A stretch of DNA of 26,841 nt from Minisyncoccia bacterium (GCA_049449075.1 JBMTTF010000001.1:1-26841), one strand, 5' to 3'. Positions 1-8,693 are shown, counted from the stretch's first letter. Translations and numbers: made by a program. The notes: a model not told the origin generated them from the letters alone.

Positions 1-31
1 CTGCATCAATGGTAACAATTTCTCTCTGCAT
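1..31 (-). CDS. rplM: 50S ribosomal protein L13, 5' fragment (runs off window)
   Basis: ATG at 31 reads MQREIVTIDA, resembling the L13 N-terminus; 6 bp after the rplQ stop, matching the common rplQ-rplM order; only 10 codons visible. Confidence 0.6.
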   Translation of the reverse strand, partial: MQREIVTIDA

Positions 32-37
32 ATTATA

Positions 38-388
38 TTACTTAACTAATTCAATTATAGCCATTTTACTAACATCACTCCGTCTAATAGGAGCCTTAAT
101 AATTCTAGTGTATCCACCTACTCTATCTGTATAATTAGGTATAATTTCATCAAATAGCTTATGAGTAGCTCCTTGAGTCAAAAATCTAAGTACATATCGT
201 CTAGAAGCTAAAGAACCTTTCTTAGCATGAGTAACCATTCTTTCTACAAAAGGTTTCAAAGCTTTAGCTTTAGCTTCTGTGGTGGTGATAGAACCACGAG
301 TAATTAAATCATTAGAAAGACTTCGCAAAAGTGCTTTTCTTTGCTCTCTATTCCTTCCAATCTTATGTAACTTATTTCCCTTATTCAT
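38..388 (-). CDS. rplQ: 50S ribosomal protein L17
   Basis: KIGRNREQRKALLRSL, ITTTEAKAKALKPFVERM, GGYTRIIK motifs; follows rpoA. Confidence 0.98.
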   Translation of the reverse strand: MNKGNKLHKIGRNREQRKALLRSLSNDLITRGSITTTEAKAKALKPFVERMVTHAKKGSLASRRYVLRFLTQGATHKLFDEIIPNYTDRVGGYTRIIKAPIRRSDVSKMAIIELVK

Positions 389-436
389 AATCGTATGATC
401 CTGTTAATGTTTTGCATTGTACCTTATTTTTAGTAT

Positions 437-1366
437 TTATGCAAGTGTAATATCATATTTAGCTATTTGGTCTTCTAACTTTTTTAGAGCACTAGTGGAG
501 ACTCCCTTGATAGATAGTAGATCTTCTTGGGTAAACTGAGCCAATTGTGCAATATTTTTGATACCAGAAGTCTCTAGAGCTTTAATAGTTCTTTGAGATA
601 AATCTAGGGTTGAGATTTTAATACTTGAGGTCTCAATATCTGGACTAATTTTTTCTTCTTTCACCTCTTCTACTTTAGCACCTTCAACAGTTAAAGCATT
701 GAACTGATCTACTAAAATACCAGCAGATTTTTGAATTGCCTCTAGTGGAGTAATAGTCCCATCAGTTTTAATATTAAACACTACTCGGTTATAGTTGGTT
801 TTATCACCTACTCTAGTATCTTCTACGTCATAAGAGACTCTTGTTACTGGGGTAAATATTGAATCTACAGCAATAATTCCCACTTCTCCTTGTATATTTT
901 GATCTATATCTTTTCTAAACCCAAATCCTTTTTCAATTACTAATTCCATTTCAATTTTAGCATCTTTACTAGTCAAAGTTAGAATAGGTGCTTCAGGATT
1001 TACTACACTTACTCCTCCAGGTAATTTTAAATCTGCACCTGTAACAACTTTAGTACCTTGTGCTTTAAGAGTTAATAAAGTAGGAGAATCTATAACCGCA
1101 TCAAATCTTAGTGATTTAATGTTAAGGGTAATATCTAAAATATCTTCTAGAACATTAGGAATAGTAGTAAATTCATGACTTACTCCTTTAATACTATATC
1201 TAGTCACTGCTACTCCTTCTAAGGAAGATAGCATAACTCGTCTTAAAGAATTAGCAATAGTAACTCCATACCCTGGATTAAGTGGCTCAATTGCATAGGT
1301 AGATTGAGATGGACTAATTTCTTGTAATAGTACAGGTGCTTTTGGAAGGATGATATAGTTAGACAT
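437..1366 (-). CDS. rpoA: RNA polymerase alpha subunit
   Basis: IEPLNPGYGVTIANSLRRVMLSSLEG, HEFTTIPNVLED, IAVDSIFTPV motifs plus CTD; operon context. Confidence 0.98.
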   Translation of the reverse strand: MSNYIILPKAPVLLQEISPSQSTYAIEPLNPGYGVTIANSLRRVMLSSLEGVAVTRYSIKGVSHEFTTIPNVLEDILDITLNIKSLRFDAVIDSPTLLTLKAQGTKVVTGADLKLPGGVSVVNPEAPILTLTSKDAKIEMELVIEKGFGFRKDIDQNIQGEVGIIAVDSIFTPVTRVSYDVEDTRVGDKTNYNRVVFNIKTDGTITPLEAIQKSAGILVDQFNALTVEGAKVEEVKEEKISPDIETSSIKISTLDLSQRTIKALETSGIKNIAQLAQFTQEDLLSIKGVSTSALKKLEDQIAKYDITLA

Positions 1367-1384
1367 AAAAGTATTTGATTATTA

Positions 1385-1984
1385 TTATCGGGAATAATAC
1401 TGAATCACTAGGGCAATGTTGAAGTTTTGACTCAATTCCTCAACTCCAGGAGTGTGAGCAACTTCGACATTTTGATGTTTCTTGTCTAAGAGCAACCAGG
1501 ATGGTAGATCTGAGTCTTTTAACTTATCTTTGTATTCAGCCACTAGTTTAGATTTAGTAGCTGAATATGTAATAATATCTCCTATTTTTACTAGAAAACT
1601 TGGTATAGTAACTTTTTTACCGTTAACCAAAATATGTCCATGAGAAATCATTTGCCTAGCTTGCTCTCTAGTATATGCCATACTAGCTCTATATACAACA
1701 TTATCTAGTCTAGTCTCTAAAATTCTTAATAAAGCAGTAGGGGTAGGCTCAACATCAGATAAAGCTTTCTCATAAAATCTTCTGAATTGTTTTTCACGCA
1801 GTCCATATACATATTTTACTTTTTGCTTCTCTTGTAGTTGCTTTCCAAACTCAGATGCTGCCCGACGGCGCTTAGCCCCATGAACCCCAGGAGCTTTTGC
1901 TAATTTCTCATCAGTAATCTTAACTTCTGGAAAAATACGCTCTCCAAATTTTCTACAAATTTTAACTTTCTTACGACTATACAT
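1385..1984 (-). CDS. rpsD: 30S ribosomal protein S4
   Basis: SEFGKQLQEKQKVK, LETRLDNVVYR, ARQMISHGHILVNG motifs. Confidence 0.98.
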   Translation of the reverse strand: MYSRKKVKICRKFGERIFPEVKITDEKLAKAPGVHGAKRRRAASEFGKQLQEKQKVKYVYGLREKQFRRFYEKALSDVEPTPTALLRILETRLDNVVYRASMAYTREQARQMISHGHILVNGKKVTIPSFLVKIGDIITYSATKSKLVAEYKDKLKDSDLPSWLLLDKKHQNVEVAHTPGVEELSQNFNIALVIQYYSR

Positions 1985-2002
1985 ATACTCTTATAAAATC
2001 TA

Positions 2003-2431
2003 TTATACTCTTCTTGGCTTACGAGGACGAGTTCCATTATGTGGGACAGGAGTCAAATCTTTAATAGACATAATGTTAAGACCTGATACAGCCAACCCCC
2101 TAATTGAAGCTTCTCTTCCTGGACCAACACCCTTGACAATAACTTTTATATCTTGCAAACCTGTCTTTTTAACTTTCTCTACTACAGTTTTAGCTACTAT
2201 CGTAGCTGCATATGGAGTAGCTTTTTTAGCTCCTTTAAATCCAAGAGCTCCAGAGGATGACCATGCTAAAATATTCCCGGACAAGTCAGCTAAAGAAACC
2301 ATAGTATTATTATAGGTTGATACAATATAAGCAGTACCTCGGGATATCTTCTTTTTTGAAGAAGTTTCTTTTACTCCCATTTTTAATGAAGATACTGTAT
2401 CTCCTTTCTGTGCTACACGCTTCTTTCCCAT
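2003..2431 (-). CDS. rpsK: 30S ribosomal protein S11
   Basis: STYNNTMVSL, GFKGAKKATPYAA, VKGVGPGRE, DLTPVPHNGTRPRKPRRV. Confidence 0.98.
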   Translation of the reverse strand: MGKKRVAQKGDTVSSLKMGVKETSSKKKISRGTAYIVSTYNNTMVSLADLSGNILAWSSSGALGFKGAKKATPYAATIVAKTVVEKVKKTGLQDIKVIVKGVGPGREASIRGLAVSGLNIMSIKDLTPVPHNGTRPRKPRRV

Positions 2432-2450
2432 AGTAAAATTTTCTTAATAA

Positions 2451-2834
2451 TTAAGTCTTCTCAACTTTTCTTCGCCCACTACCCATAGTACGAACTACAT
2501 TACCTCTAATAGTTCTAGAGTTGGTTTTAGTTCTACCTTTTATGGGTAATTTTTTTGTATGACGACTACCTCGATATGAATTAATATCTTTTAATCTCTT
2601 TATATTATTAGCAACTTCTCTTCTTAAATCTCCTTCTATTTTATAATTTTTTTCAATACATTCCTTTAACAGAGATATTTCTTTTTCGTCTAACTCTTTA
2701 GCTTTTTTATAAGGATTAATTCCTGTCATAAATAAGACTTTTTTAGAACGAGTAAGACCTACACCATAAATATAAGTCAAAGCTATTTCAATGTTTTTAT
2801 AATCTGGGATGACAACTCCTGCAATTCTTACCAT
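2451..2834 (-). CDS. rpsM: 30S ribosomal protein S13
   Basis: MVRIAGV, ALTYIYGVG, EGDLRREV, YRGSRH, GRTKTNSRT. Confidence 0.98.
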   Translation of the reverse strand: MVRIAGVVIPDYKNIEIALTYIYGVGLTRSKKVLFMTGINPYKKAKELDEKEISLLKECIEKNYKIEGDLRREVANNIKRLKDINSYRGSRHTKKLPIKGRTKTNSRTIRGNVVRTMGSGRRKVEKT

Positions 2835-2852
2835 AATTTAATATATCTTATA

Positions 2853-2969
2853 TTATCCTTGTCTTTGCTTATGACGAGGATTAGCTTCACAAATAACTCG
2901 AATTACCCGCTTTCGCTTAATAACTTTACACTTATTACATCTTTTCTTAACTGAGGCTTGAACTTTCAT
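2853..2969 (-). CDS. rpmJ: 50S ribosomal protein L36 (Zn-ribbon C+ type), missed by ORF track
   Basis: My translation: [38 protein letters not shown] (38 aa), between infA and rpsM. Confidence 0.97.
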   Translation of the reverse strand: MKVQASVKKRCNKCKVIKRKRVIRVICEANPRHKQRQG

Positions 2970-2977
2970 ATAGTATC

Positions 2978-3211
2978 TTAATTTCTCCTAGTAATTCTAC
3001 CTTGTGTTAAATTATAAGGGCTTAACTCAACTGTTACCTTATCTCCTGGCAAGACTTTGATATAATGCATTCGCATTTTACCAGAAAGATGAGCTAGAAC
3101 CTCTGAATTATTTTCTAATATAACACGAAAGGTTGTGTTTGGCAAGACTTCACTAACTACACCTTCTTGAATTAGGAGGTTTTTGGAGTTTAAATCTTGA
3201 CCTTCGAGCAT
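2978..3211 (-). CDS. infA: Translation initiation factor IF-1
   Basis: [45 protein letters not shown]. Confidence 0.97.
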   Translation of the reverse strand: MLEGQDLNSKNLLIQEGVVSEVLPNTTFRVILENNSEVLAHLSGKMRMHYIKVLPGDKVTVELSPYNLTQGRITRRN

Positions 3212-3246
3212 AAATTATACAAATCTATATACATAATATAAATCTA

Positions 3247-3275
3247 ATTATATTACATTATTATACTCTTGTCAA
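3247..3275 (-). promoter_or_regulatory. sigma70 promoter of infA-rplQ cluster
   Basis: Perfect TTGACA-17 bp-TATAAT on the minus strand, about 35 bp upstream of infA. Confidence 0.8.
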
Positions 3276-3417
3276 TAGACTATACAAGAATATATTACAC
3301 AATATTGATTAAACATTAACGGACTCGTGTTGATTGATCATAAGTAAAGTAAATAGGGGCAATATTGATAGCTAGATGCAGAATATTATCTACTATCATC
3401 CTATACTTATATAAAAA

Positions 3418-3770
3418 ATAAAATACTTTTCCTTCTCCTTCTTGACTCTGTTAGTGCAAAGGGAGGTAAAAGTATTTTATTTATCTCTATTCCTGACAAA
3501 CTCTTTATATATTTTGAGCTTGTCAGAAAATAGATATTTTTGTCTAATCTTTGGTTAACACCTTTTTATTTTTACCAAATGTACAATATTTATAAGTATT
3601 ATTTTATTTATATTTTATTAGACGATTATTAGTTTGAGTTTATATTTAATATTGTAAAGATTAGAACAAAAATTCAATCACAAGTATTTTAATGTACGCA
3701 TTTAAAATTTTATACTTGTGATTGTATCCCTACTCTCTATCCTTACTCTTATATTTTAACAGAGTAAGGA
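3418..3770 (-). ncRNA. Candidate structured non-coding RNA of unknown family
   Basis: Five nearly contiguous stems of 10-18 bp; mismatches in the 3486-3534 stem become G-U pairs on the minus strand; no ORF; no recognisable family motif. Confidence 0.45.
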
Positions 3771-3787
3771 GATGTAAGCTATAGCAG

Positions 3788-3796
3788 TTATCCACA
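3788..3796 (+). promoter_or_regulatory. DnaA box (isolated)
   Basis: Perfect TTATCCACA just past the stop codon of the 468-aa gene; function unproven. Confidence 0.4.
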
Positions 3797-3797
3797 A

Positions 3798-5204
3798 TTA
3801 TTTAATTTGGTCTAAAGTATATAGCATAGACTCTTGAGAGGATGCTATCAAAATATAATTTTCATAACTTGACACATCTACTGAGTCTGCTGAAGAGGTG
3901 TAATTATAATAATAATTTTTAAACTCTTTACCAGTATTGCTGTTTGTGATAATTGACTCTTTAACCTGAGGAGTATTAACTATTCTGGATGGTAATGAAA
4001 TTGAAAATGCAGCTAAATCACGAGGAATAGCACTAGACCAGCTATCTACAAATTGATTAGCATCTTGATCTGATGACAGACCTAACACACATATTAATTT
4101 ATATACTCCTTGCTGATTATATGCATAAAAATTATAATTTTTAATCGTGTCAATAGAAGGGATAGTTATCCCCAATGCAGATGCAGTATCAATTAAGCTA
4201 ACAGGATTATTATCTTTAATTAAATTTAACTCAATTAAGGTATCTTTTTTATCTGTTAAGTTGGTTGAGATAGTTTTACGAATTGGCTCAGAATCACTAA
4301 AGGATATATCTACTTTTGAACTTGCTGATAATAAAGGGTTAGATTTAGAATTTGATGGTGGTGTAGCTGTAGGTGTTGATTCTGGGTTAACAGAAGCATT
4401 ATTAGGATTAACGCTGTTATTACTACTATCGATATTAAAGTACAAATACACTCCTCCACCTATCAGACCTAACAAAATAATTACTATTCCAATTGACAGC
4501 AGTCCTTTACCTGATGATTTATGCTTAACATCTTTCATATCATCCTGCAAATCTAGGCTATTGATATCAAATTGATTATTTGGATTACTAATATCTTTTT
4601 TTGAATCTGACAAATCGTCTGCTTGGTCATTTATTGGGTTATTATCTTTGCCAAAAGATGGGTTTATGCTCTTTAAGTTAGAATCTAAAGGTAATTGTAT
4701 TTTACTATCTACAGGTGGTTCTGTATTTTTATTTAGTGATAAATTAATGTTGTTATTTACGGGTGGTTCTATGTTTTTATTTAGTGATAAATTAATATTG
4801 TTATTTACAGGTGGTTCTATGTTTTTATTTAGTGATAAATTAATATTGTTATTTACAGGTGGTTCTATGTTTTTTACCATAGGTAAATCTATATTGTCAT
4901 CTAAAGCTGAAAGCTTAGCTCTAGATTTATCTTCAGAGTCAGTGCTAATAGTTGGCTTGGGATTAGATTCATTTAACTTGGCTGGAGCAATATCCATGTT
5001 TGTCCATGAATAGTTAGATTGCACTTTAGGTTCTACATCTTGTATTGTAGGTTCATATGGCTTAGGAGCATCGTCGTCAGTCTTAGGCCTTGCTTGCATA
5101 AAGTTACCAGCTTGCTGCAATCTATCCTGAGGATTAGTATCAGTAGACGCTAGGTCTGTCTTAAGTGTTCTGAAAGAACCGGGTATTTGATTTTGATCTG
5201 CCAT
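3798..5204 (-). CDS. Hypothetical single-pass membrane protein: low-complexity N-terminal region with tandem repeats, one TM helix, C-terminal domain
   Basis: 468-aa ORF 26 bp after pnp; hydrophobic LLSIGIVIILLGLIGGGVYLYF preceded by KHKSSGK; Asn/Pro/Asp-rich N-half. Confidence 0.8.
   Translation of the reverse strand: MADQNQIPGSFRTLKTDLASTDTNPQDRLQQAGNFMQARPKTDDDAPKPYEPTIQDVEPKVQSNYSWTNMDIAPAKLNESNPKPTISTDSEDKSRAKLSALDDNIDLPMVKNIEPPVNNNINLSLNKNIEPPVNNNINLSLNKNIEPPVNNNINLSLNKNTEPPVDSKIQLPLDSNLKSINPSFGKDNNPINDQADDLSDSKKDISNPNNQFDINSLDLQDDMKDVKHKSSGKGLLSIGIVIILLGLIGGGVYLYFNIDSSNNSVNPNNASVNPESTPTATPPSNSKSNPLLSASSKVDISFSDSEPIRKTISTNLTDKKDTLIELNLIKDNNPVSLIDTASALGITIPSIDTIKNYNFYAYNQQGVYKLICVLGLSSDQDANQFVDSWSSAIPRDLAAFSISLPSRIVNTPQVKESIITNSNTGKEFKNYYYNYTSSADSVDVSSYENYILIASSQESMLYTLDQIK
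4711..4873. repeat. In-frame 48-bp tandem repeat, about 3.4 copies (KNIEPPVNNNINLSLN)
   Basis: Units start at 4711, 4759, 4807, 4855 (ac[a/g]ggtggttct...); few substitutions. Confidence 0.95.
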
Positions 5205-5230
5205 AATTTTATAATTTATATATTTAGTAA

Positions 5231-7294
5231 TTACTCAAGAAGATAGGGGATTAAACTTATTCTACCGTCTGTATCAACTTTTTTAATTTTTACCCTTATA
5301 CTCTGATTTAATTGTATCACATCTTCTATCTTATTGATATACTTATCTGCAATGTCAGAAATGTGGATAAGTCCATCTACTCCTGTCTTAATATTTACAA
5401 AAGCTCCAAATGGCATTATTTTAACTACTTTTCCATCAAAAACATCGCCCTCTTTTGGCACATATACTAAGTCTAAGATTATATCTTTAGCCTGTATGAC
5501 TTTAGACAAGTCTTCTCCTGTTATAAAAACTTGCCCGTTATCTTCTATATCTATCTTGACTCCTGTCTCATCTATTATCGAGTTAATTATTTTACCTCCA
5601 GTCCCAATTACATCTTTAATTTTATTTGGGCTAATTCTAAGAACCTCAATTTTAGGAGCATATCTAGAAACTTCAGCCCTAACTTGTGATATGGTTTGAG
5701 ACAAAGTATCTAGAATAGAAAGCCTAGCTATTCTAGCTGTTTCTAAAGCTTCGCTAAATATTTCTACAGACATTCCTTTTCCCTTAATATCCATCTGTAT
5801 TGCATTAACTCCGTTTTTTGTACCAGCTACTTTAAAGTCCATTTCACCAAAGTGATCTTCAAGCCCCTGAATATCTGTTAAGATTTTATACTTCCCCTGT
5901 CCCTCTACTATACCAATAGCTATACCGGCTACTGGGGATATAATTGGCACACCTGCTGCTAATAAAGCTAAAGTTGATGAGCACACACTTGCCATAGAAG
6001 ACGATCCATTAGAACCTAATACCTCGGTTACTATTCTAATTGTATATGGAAAATCTTCAATATTAGGTAATACCCCTTCTAAAGCTTTTTCTGCTAAAGC
6101 GCCATGTCCAATTTCTCTCCTGCCAGGACCTCTTAGTTGACCAACTTCACCCACTGAGAAAGGAGGGAAGTTATAATGATGCATAAATCGTTTTTTGATT
6201 TCATCTTTCATTTCATCTACGATCTGAGCTTCTCCAGGAGAACCTAGAGTTAATATAGACAAGGTTTGAGTAGCACCTCTGTTGAATAGCCCAGACCCAT
6301 GTACTCTAGGCAAGACATCAATTTCTGAACTTAATTCACGCACTTGATTCAATTTTCTTCCATCTGGCCTTAACTCTCGCTCTAAAACACCCTCCTTAAA
6401 GACTATATTTAATTCTTGGTCTAATGTATGCTCTACTAAATCTTTATGTTCCGGATATACTTGATTTAATTCAACTAGCAATTGATGATGCGCTTGTTTG
6501 GTACTGACAGGATCACCGTATATTGCAGGCTCTAATCTACCACTGACAATATTCTTAATCCCCTCAATAATTTCTAGATTGGAATTGGTTTTAATTAAAT
6601 CTTGCTTTTTAACTCCCATCTCTGCTACGATATGATCTTGAAATTGTATCATTTTATTGATCTCAGGGGTTACAGCATTAAAAGCATCTAGAATCGTAGT
6701 TTCTGAAACTTGACTACCCCCAAATTCCATCATAACTAACCTATTATCAGAATTTAAAGTAATAATTGTATCAAAATCTCCGACTTCTCTTTGTTCAAAA
6801 GATGGATTAACAATAATTTGCTTATCCACTGAAGCTACTCTTAAAGCTGCTATTGGGCCATCCCAAGGGATGTCTGAAATAGACAAAGCTAAAGATGCTC
6901 CAAATAAAGCAATTGCATCTGGGTCATTACTATCATCCATTGAAAGAGTAGTAACTATCACTTGTATTTCATAACGAAGTGATTGATCGAAGAATGGTCG
7001 TATCGCTCTATCAACTAATCGTCCTGTCAAAACAGACTCTTCACTAGGTTTACCTTCTCTCTTTACAAAACGACTCCCTTTAATTTTACCATTAGCATAA
7101 AACTTTTCTTGATAATCTACAAATAATGGTAAATAATTAGAATTGACTGGCTTATTAGACATTACTGCTGTAACCAAAACAGTAGTTTCTCCAAGAGAAA
7201 CCATTACTGATCCATTAGCCTGTTTTGCTAATTTACCAATTTCTACTTTTAGATTTTGTCCTGCTATTTGTGTTTGATATGTTTTAAAGCTCAT
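5231..7294 (-). CDS. pnp: Polyribonucleotide nucleotidyltransferase (PNPase)
   Basis: GKLAKQANG, RLVDRAIRP, RPDGR, RREIGHGALAE, SNGSSSMASVC, DFKVAGT, KH and S1 domains. Confidence 0.99.
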   Translation of the reverse strand: MSFKTYQTQIAGQNLKVEIGKLAKQANGSVMVSLGETTVLVTAVMSNKPVNSNYLPLFVDYQEKFYANGKIKGSRFVKREGKPSEESVLTGRLVDRAIRPFFDQSLRYEIQVIVTTLSMDDSNDPDAIALFGASLALSISDIPWDGPIAALRVASVDKQIIVNPSFEQREVGDFDTIITLNSDNRLVMMEFGGSQVSETTILDAFNAVTPEINKMIQFQDHIVAEMGVKKQDLIKTNSNLEIIEGIKNIVSGRLEPAIYGDPVSTKQAHHQLLVELNQVYPEHKDLVEHTLDQELNIVFKEGVLERELRPDGRKLNQVRELSSEIDVLPRVHGSGLFNRGATQTLSILTLGSPGEAQIVDEMKDEIKKRFMHHYNFPPFSVGEVGQLRGPGRREIGHGALAEKALEGVLPNIEDFPYTIRIVTEVLGSNGSSSMASVCSSTLALLAAGVPIISPVAGIAIGIVEGQGKYKILTDIQGLEDHFGEMDFKVAGTKNGVNAIQMDIKGKGMSVEIFSEALETARIARLSILDTLSQTISQVRAEVSRYAPKIEVLRISPNKIKDVIGTGGKIINSIIDETGVKIDIEDNGQVFITGEDLSKVIQAKDIILDLVYVPKEGDVFDGKVVKIMPFGAFVNIKTGVDGLIHISDIADKYINKIEDVIQLNQSIRVKIKKVDTDGRISLIPYLLE

Positions 7295-7309
7295 ATAAAT
7301 AGGGTGAGT

Positions 7310-7576
7310 CTAAGCTCTAAGCCCAAGCTCTTTGACTGTTTTCTCAAATAAACTTAAGTCTGTTCTCTTAAGATAAGCTAACAGTTTTTTTCTCTGAGAA
7401 ACCAACTGAATCAACCCTTTTCTAGAATGAAAGTCTTTACGGTTTGCTTTCAAATGATCAGTCAAGTAAAGAATTCTTTCTGTAATTATAGCAATTTGAA
7501 CTGGAGCTGAACCATTATCACTCTCGTGAATTTGAAATTTATTAATAATCTGTCCTTTTGAATCTGAATTTAACAT
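7310..7576 (-). CDS. rpsO: 30S ribosomal protein S15
   Basis: HESDNGSAPVQIA, HLKANRKDFHSRKGL; canonical rpsO-pnp order. Confidence 0.98.
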   Translation of the reverse strand: MLNSDSKGQIINKFQIHESDNGSAPVQIAIITERILYLTDHLKANRKDFHSRKGLIQLVSQRKKLLAYLKRTDLSLFEKTVKELGLRA

Positions 7577-7608
7577 AGATTAAATATATTACCTTAGTAG
7601 TTGATATA

Positions 7609-7637
7609 ACTATAGCATAATCTTAATTTTATTGCAA
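7609..7637 (-). promoter_or_regulatory. sigma70 promoter of rpsO-pnp
   Basis: TTGCAA-17 bp-TATAGT with TG extension. Confidence 0.7.
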
Positions 7638-7710
7638 GTGGAGTGGTGAGGAGATAGAAAAAGAGATTTATTTAATGACTGAGGGTTTATCCATATATTC
7701 ACTACCAGAA

Positions 7711-7745
7711 ACCAAAAAACCCCCCACTTAAGGAGAGCTTTTGGT
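7711..7745 (-). terminator. Intrinsic terminator after SLT gene
   Basis: Minus strand ACCAAAAAGCTCTCC-TTAAGT-GGGGGGTTTTTTGGT: G-C/G-U stem followed by U tract. Confidence 0.75.
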
Positions 7746-7758
7746 AGTGACTAAAAAA

Positions 7759-8319
7759 TTATTTAGACCACTTAGATTTACTGGCATTCCAAGCTCCAAT
7801 ACCTCCACGAGAGATTTTGAAAGCCATAGCCTCGACATTGGTTTTGGCATCAAACGGAGTTACCCATTCTCTGCCCATTTGTCTTAATGTTCCAGCCCAA
7901 GTACCTCGAATAAATTGTCCACAGCCAGAAGCGGTAGAGTTTTTATTCTTGGCAAGAGCATTACCTCCAGACTCGGCCTTGATAATTCTAGTCATCAAGT
8001 CAGCATCTACTCCGTATTTAGCAGCCATCTCTGGCACATATTCAAAACAAGAACCTTGTGCTGGGATATTGCTTAGCTCGGCTTCTACTGAAGCATAGAA
8101 AGAAGTTTTAGTCTGTACTGTTACTTTTTTAACTTGAGCTTGTTTAGGTTTTTCAGGCTCAGGTTTAGGGGTTATGATAGTTTCAACGGGATTAACTCCA
8201 TTGATAACTGAGTTGGTCACTTCTAAATCGAATGAACTTGCAACTACGGGCTGAGTGTTGACTGGAAGAACTCCTGTAACTCCAACGATCAAAGCCATTA
8301 CAATATATAATATATCCAT
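7759..8319 (-). CDS. Secreted or membrane-anchored lytic transglycosylase (SLT domain) protein
   Basis: N-terminal hydrophobic segment, Pro/Lys linker, AAKYGVD..IIKAESGG (catalytic Glu), GCGQF variant of the GLMQ motif; ATG at 8319 preferred to TTG at 8355. Confidence 0.8.
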   Translation of the reverse strand: MDILYIVMALIVGVTGVLPVNTQPVVASSFDLEVTNSVINGVNPVETIITPKPEPEKPKQAQVKKVTVQTKTSFYASVEAELSNIPAQGSCFEYVPEMAAKYGVDADLMTRIIKAESGGNALAKNKNSTASGCGQFIRGTWAGTLRQMGREWVTPFDAKTNVEAMAFKISRGGIGAWNASKSKWSK

Positions 8320-8411
8320 TAACTGGGACAACTGATAAACTCTCCCAAACTTCAATCAAAAAACAGTGTAGACAAATATAAAAGAGGTCTTATATTTGAG
8401 AGATAAAAAAA

Positions 8412-8453
8412 ATAATAGCATAAAATTGACAAAATGTCAATATATAGTACAAT
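8412..8453. promoter_or_regulatory. Overlapping divergent sigma70 promoters (SLT gene and tRNA-Leu)
   Basis: Palindrome TTGACA-AAA-TGTCAA (8426-8440); minus strand TTGACA-17-TATTAT (8412-8440); plus strand TTGACA-16-TACAAT (8426-8453). Confidence 0.7.
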
Positions 8454-8464
8454 ATATTTAATAA

Positions 8465-8549
8465 GCCGAGGTGGTGGAATTGGTAGACACGCATGCCTTA
8501 GGAGCATGTATCTTATGATGTGGAGGTTCGAGTCCTCTTCTCGGCACCA
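8465..8549 (+). tRNA. tRNA-Leu (TAG), CCA encoded
   Basis: GCCGAGG acceptor, anticodon arm CATGC-CT TAG GA-GCATG, long variable arm, GGTTCGAGTCC, ends ACCA. Confidence 0.97.
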
Positions 8550-8550
8550 G

Positions 8551-8587
8551 AAAAAATAAGGCGTTTTATAACTGCTACTTTATTTTT
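8551..8587 (+). terminator. Possible terminator after tRNA-Leu(TAG)
   Basis: AAAAATAAGG...CTTTATTTTT imperfect A/U-rich stem. Confidence 0.35.
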
Positions 8588-8664
8588 ATATATTGCATTT
8601 ATAAAAATCTTGACTTTAGATAAACCTCAAAAGGTAAATTTTAGGACGTAAACCTTCTTGCTCC

Positions 8665-8693
8665 TTGCTTTTTTGGAGAAAATTCTTTATAAT
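8665..8693 (+). promoter_or_regulatory. sigma70 promoter of ABC ATPase
   Basis: TTGCTT-17 bp-TATAAT; implies the true start is ATG 8722. Confidence 0.65.

Noticed and set aside
3300-3797. Structured region as tmRNA, RNase P RNA, SRP RNA or group I intron
   Set aside because: None of their conserved primary motifs could be found on either strand by eye; a divergent member is not excluded without cmscan.
4711-4873. 48-bp repeat as a CRISPR array
   Set aside because: Units are contiguous with no unique spacers, in frame within a CDS, and no cas genes are present.
5362-5370. DnaA box inside pnp (and the one at 3788) as a second origin
   Set aside because: Isolated boxes with no cluster; counted only toward overall enrichment.
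7577-7608. S15 autoregulatory leader RNA
   Set aside because: The predicted 5' UTR is only about 25 nt and A/T-rich, with no stem visible.
8438-8447. NrdR-box-like core CAATATATAG (also CTATATATTG at 25874-25883)
   Set aside because: Single, poor flanks, no tandem partner and no nrd gene downstream; expected by chance in AT-rich DNA.
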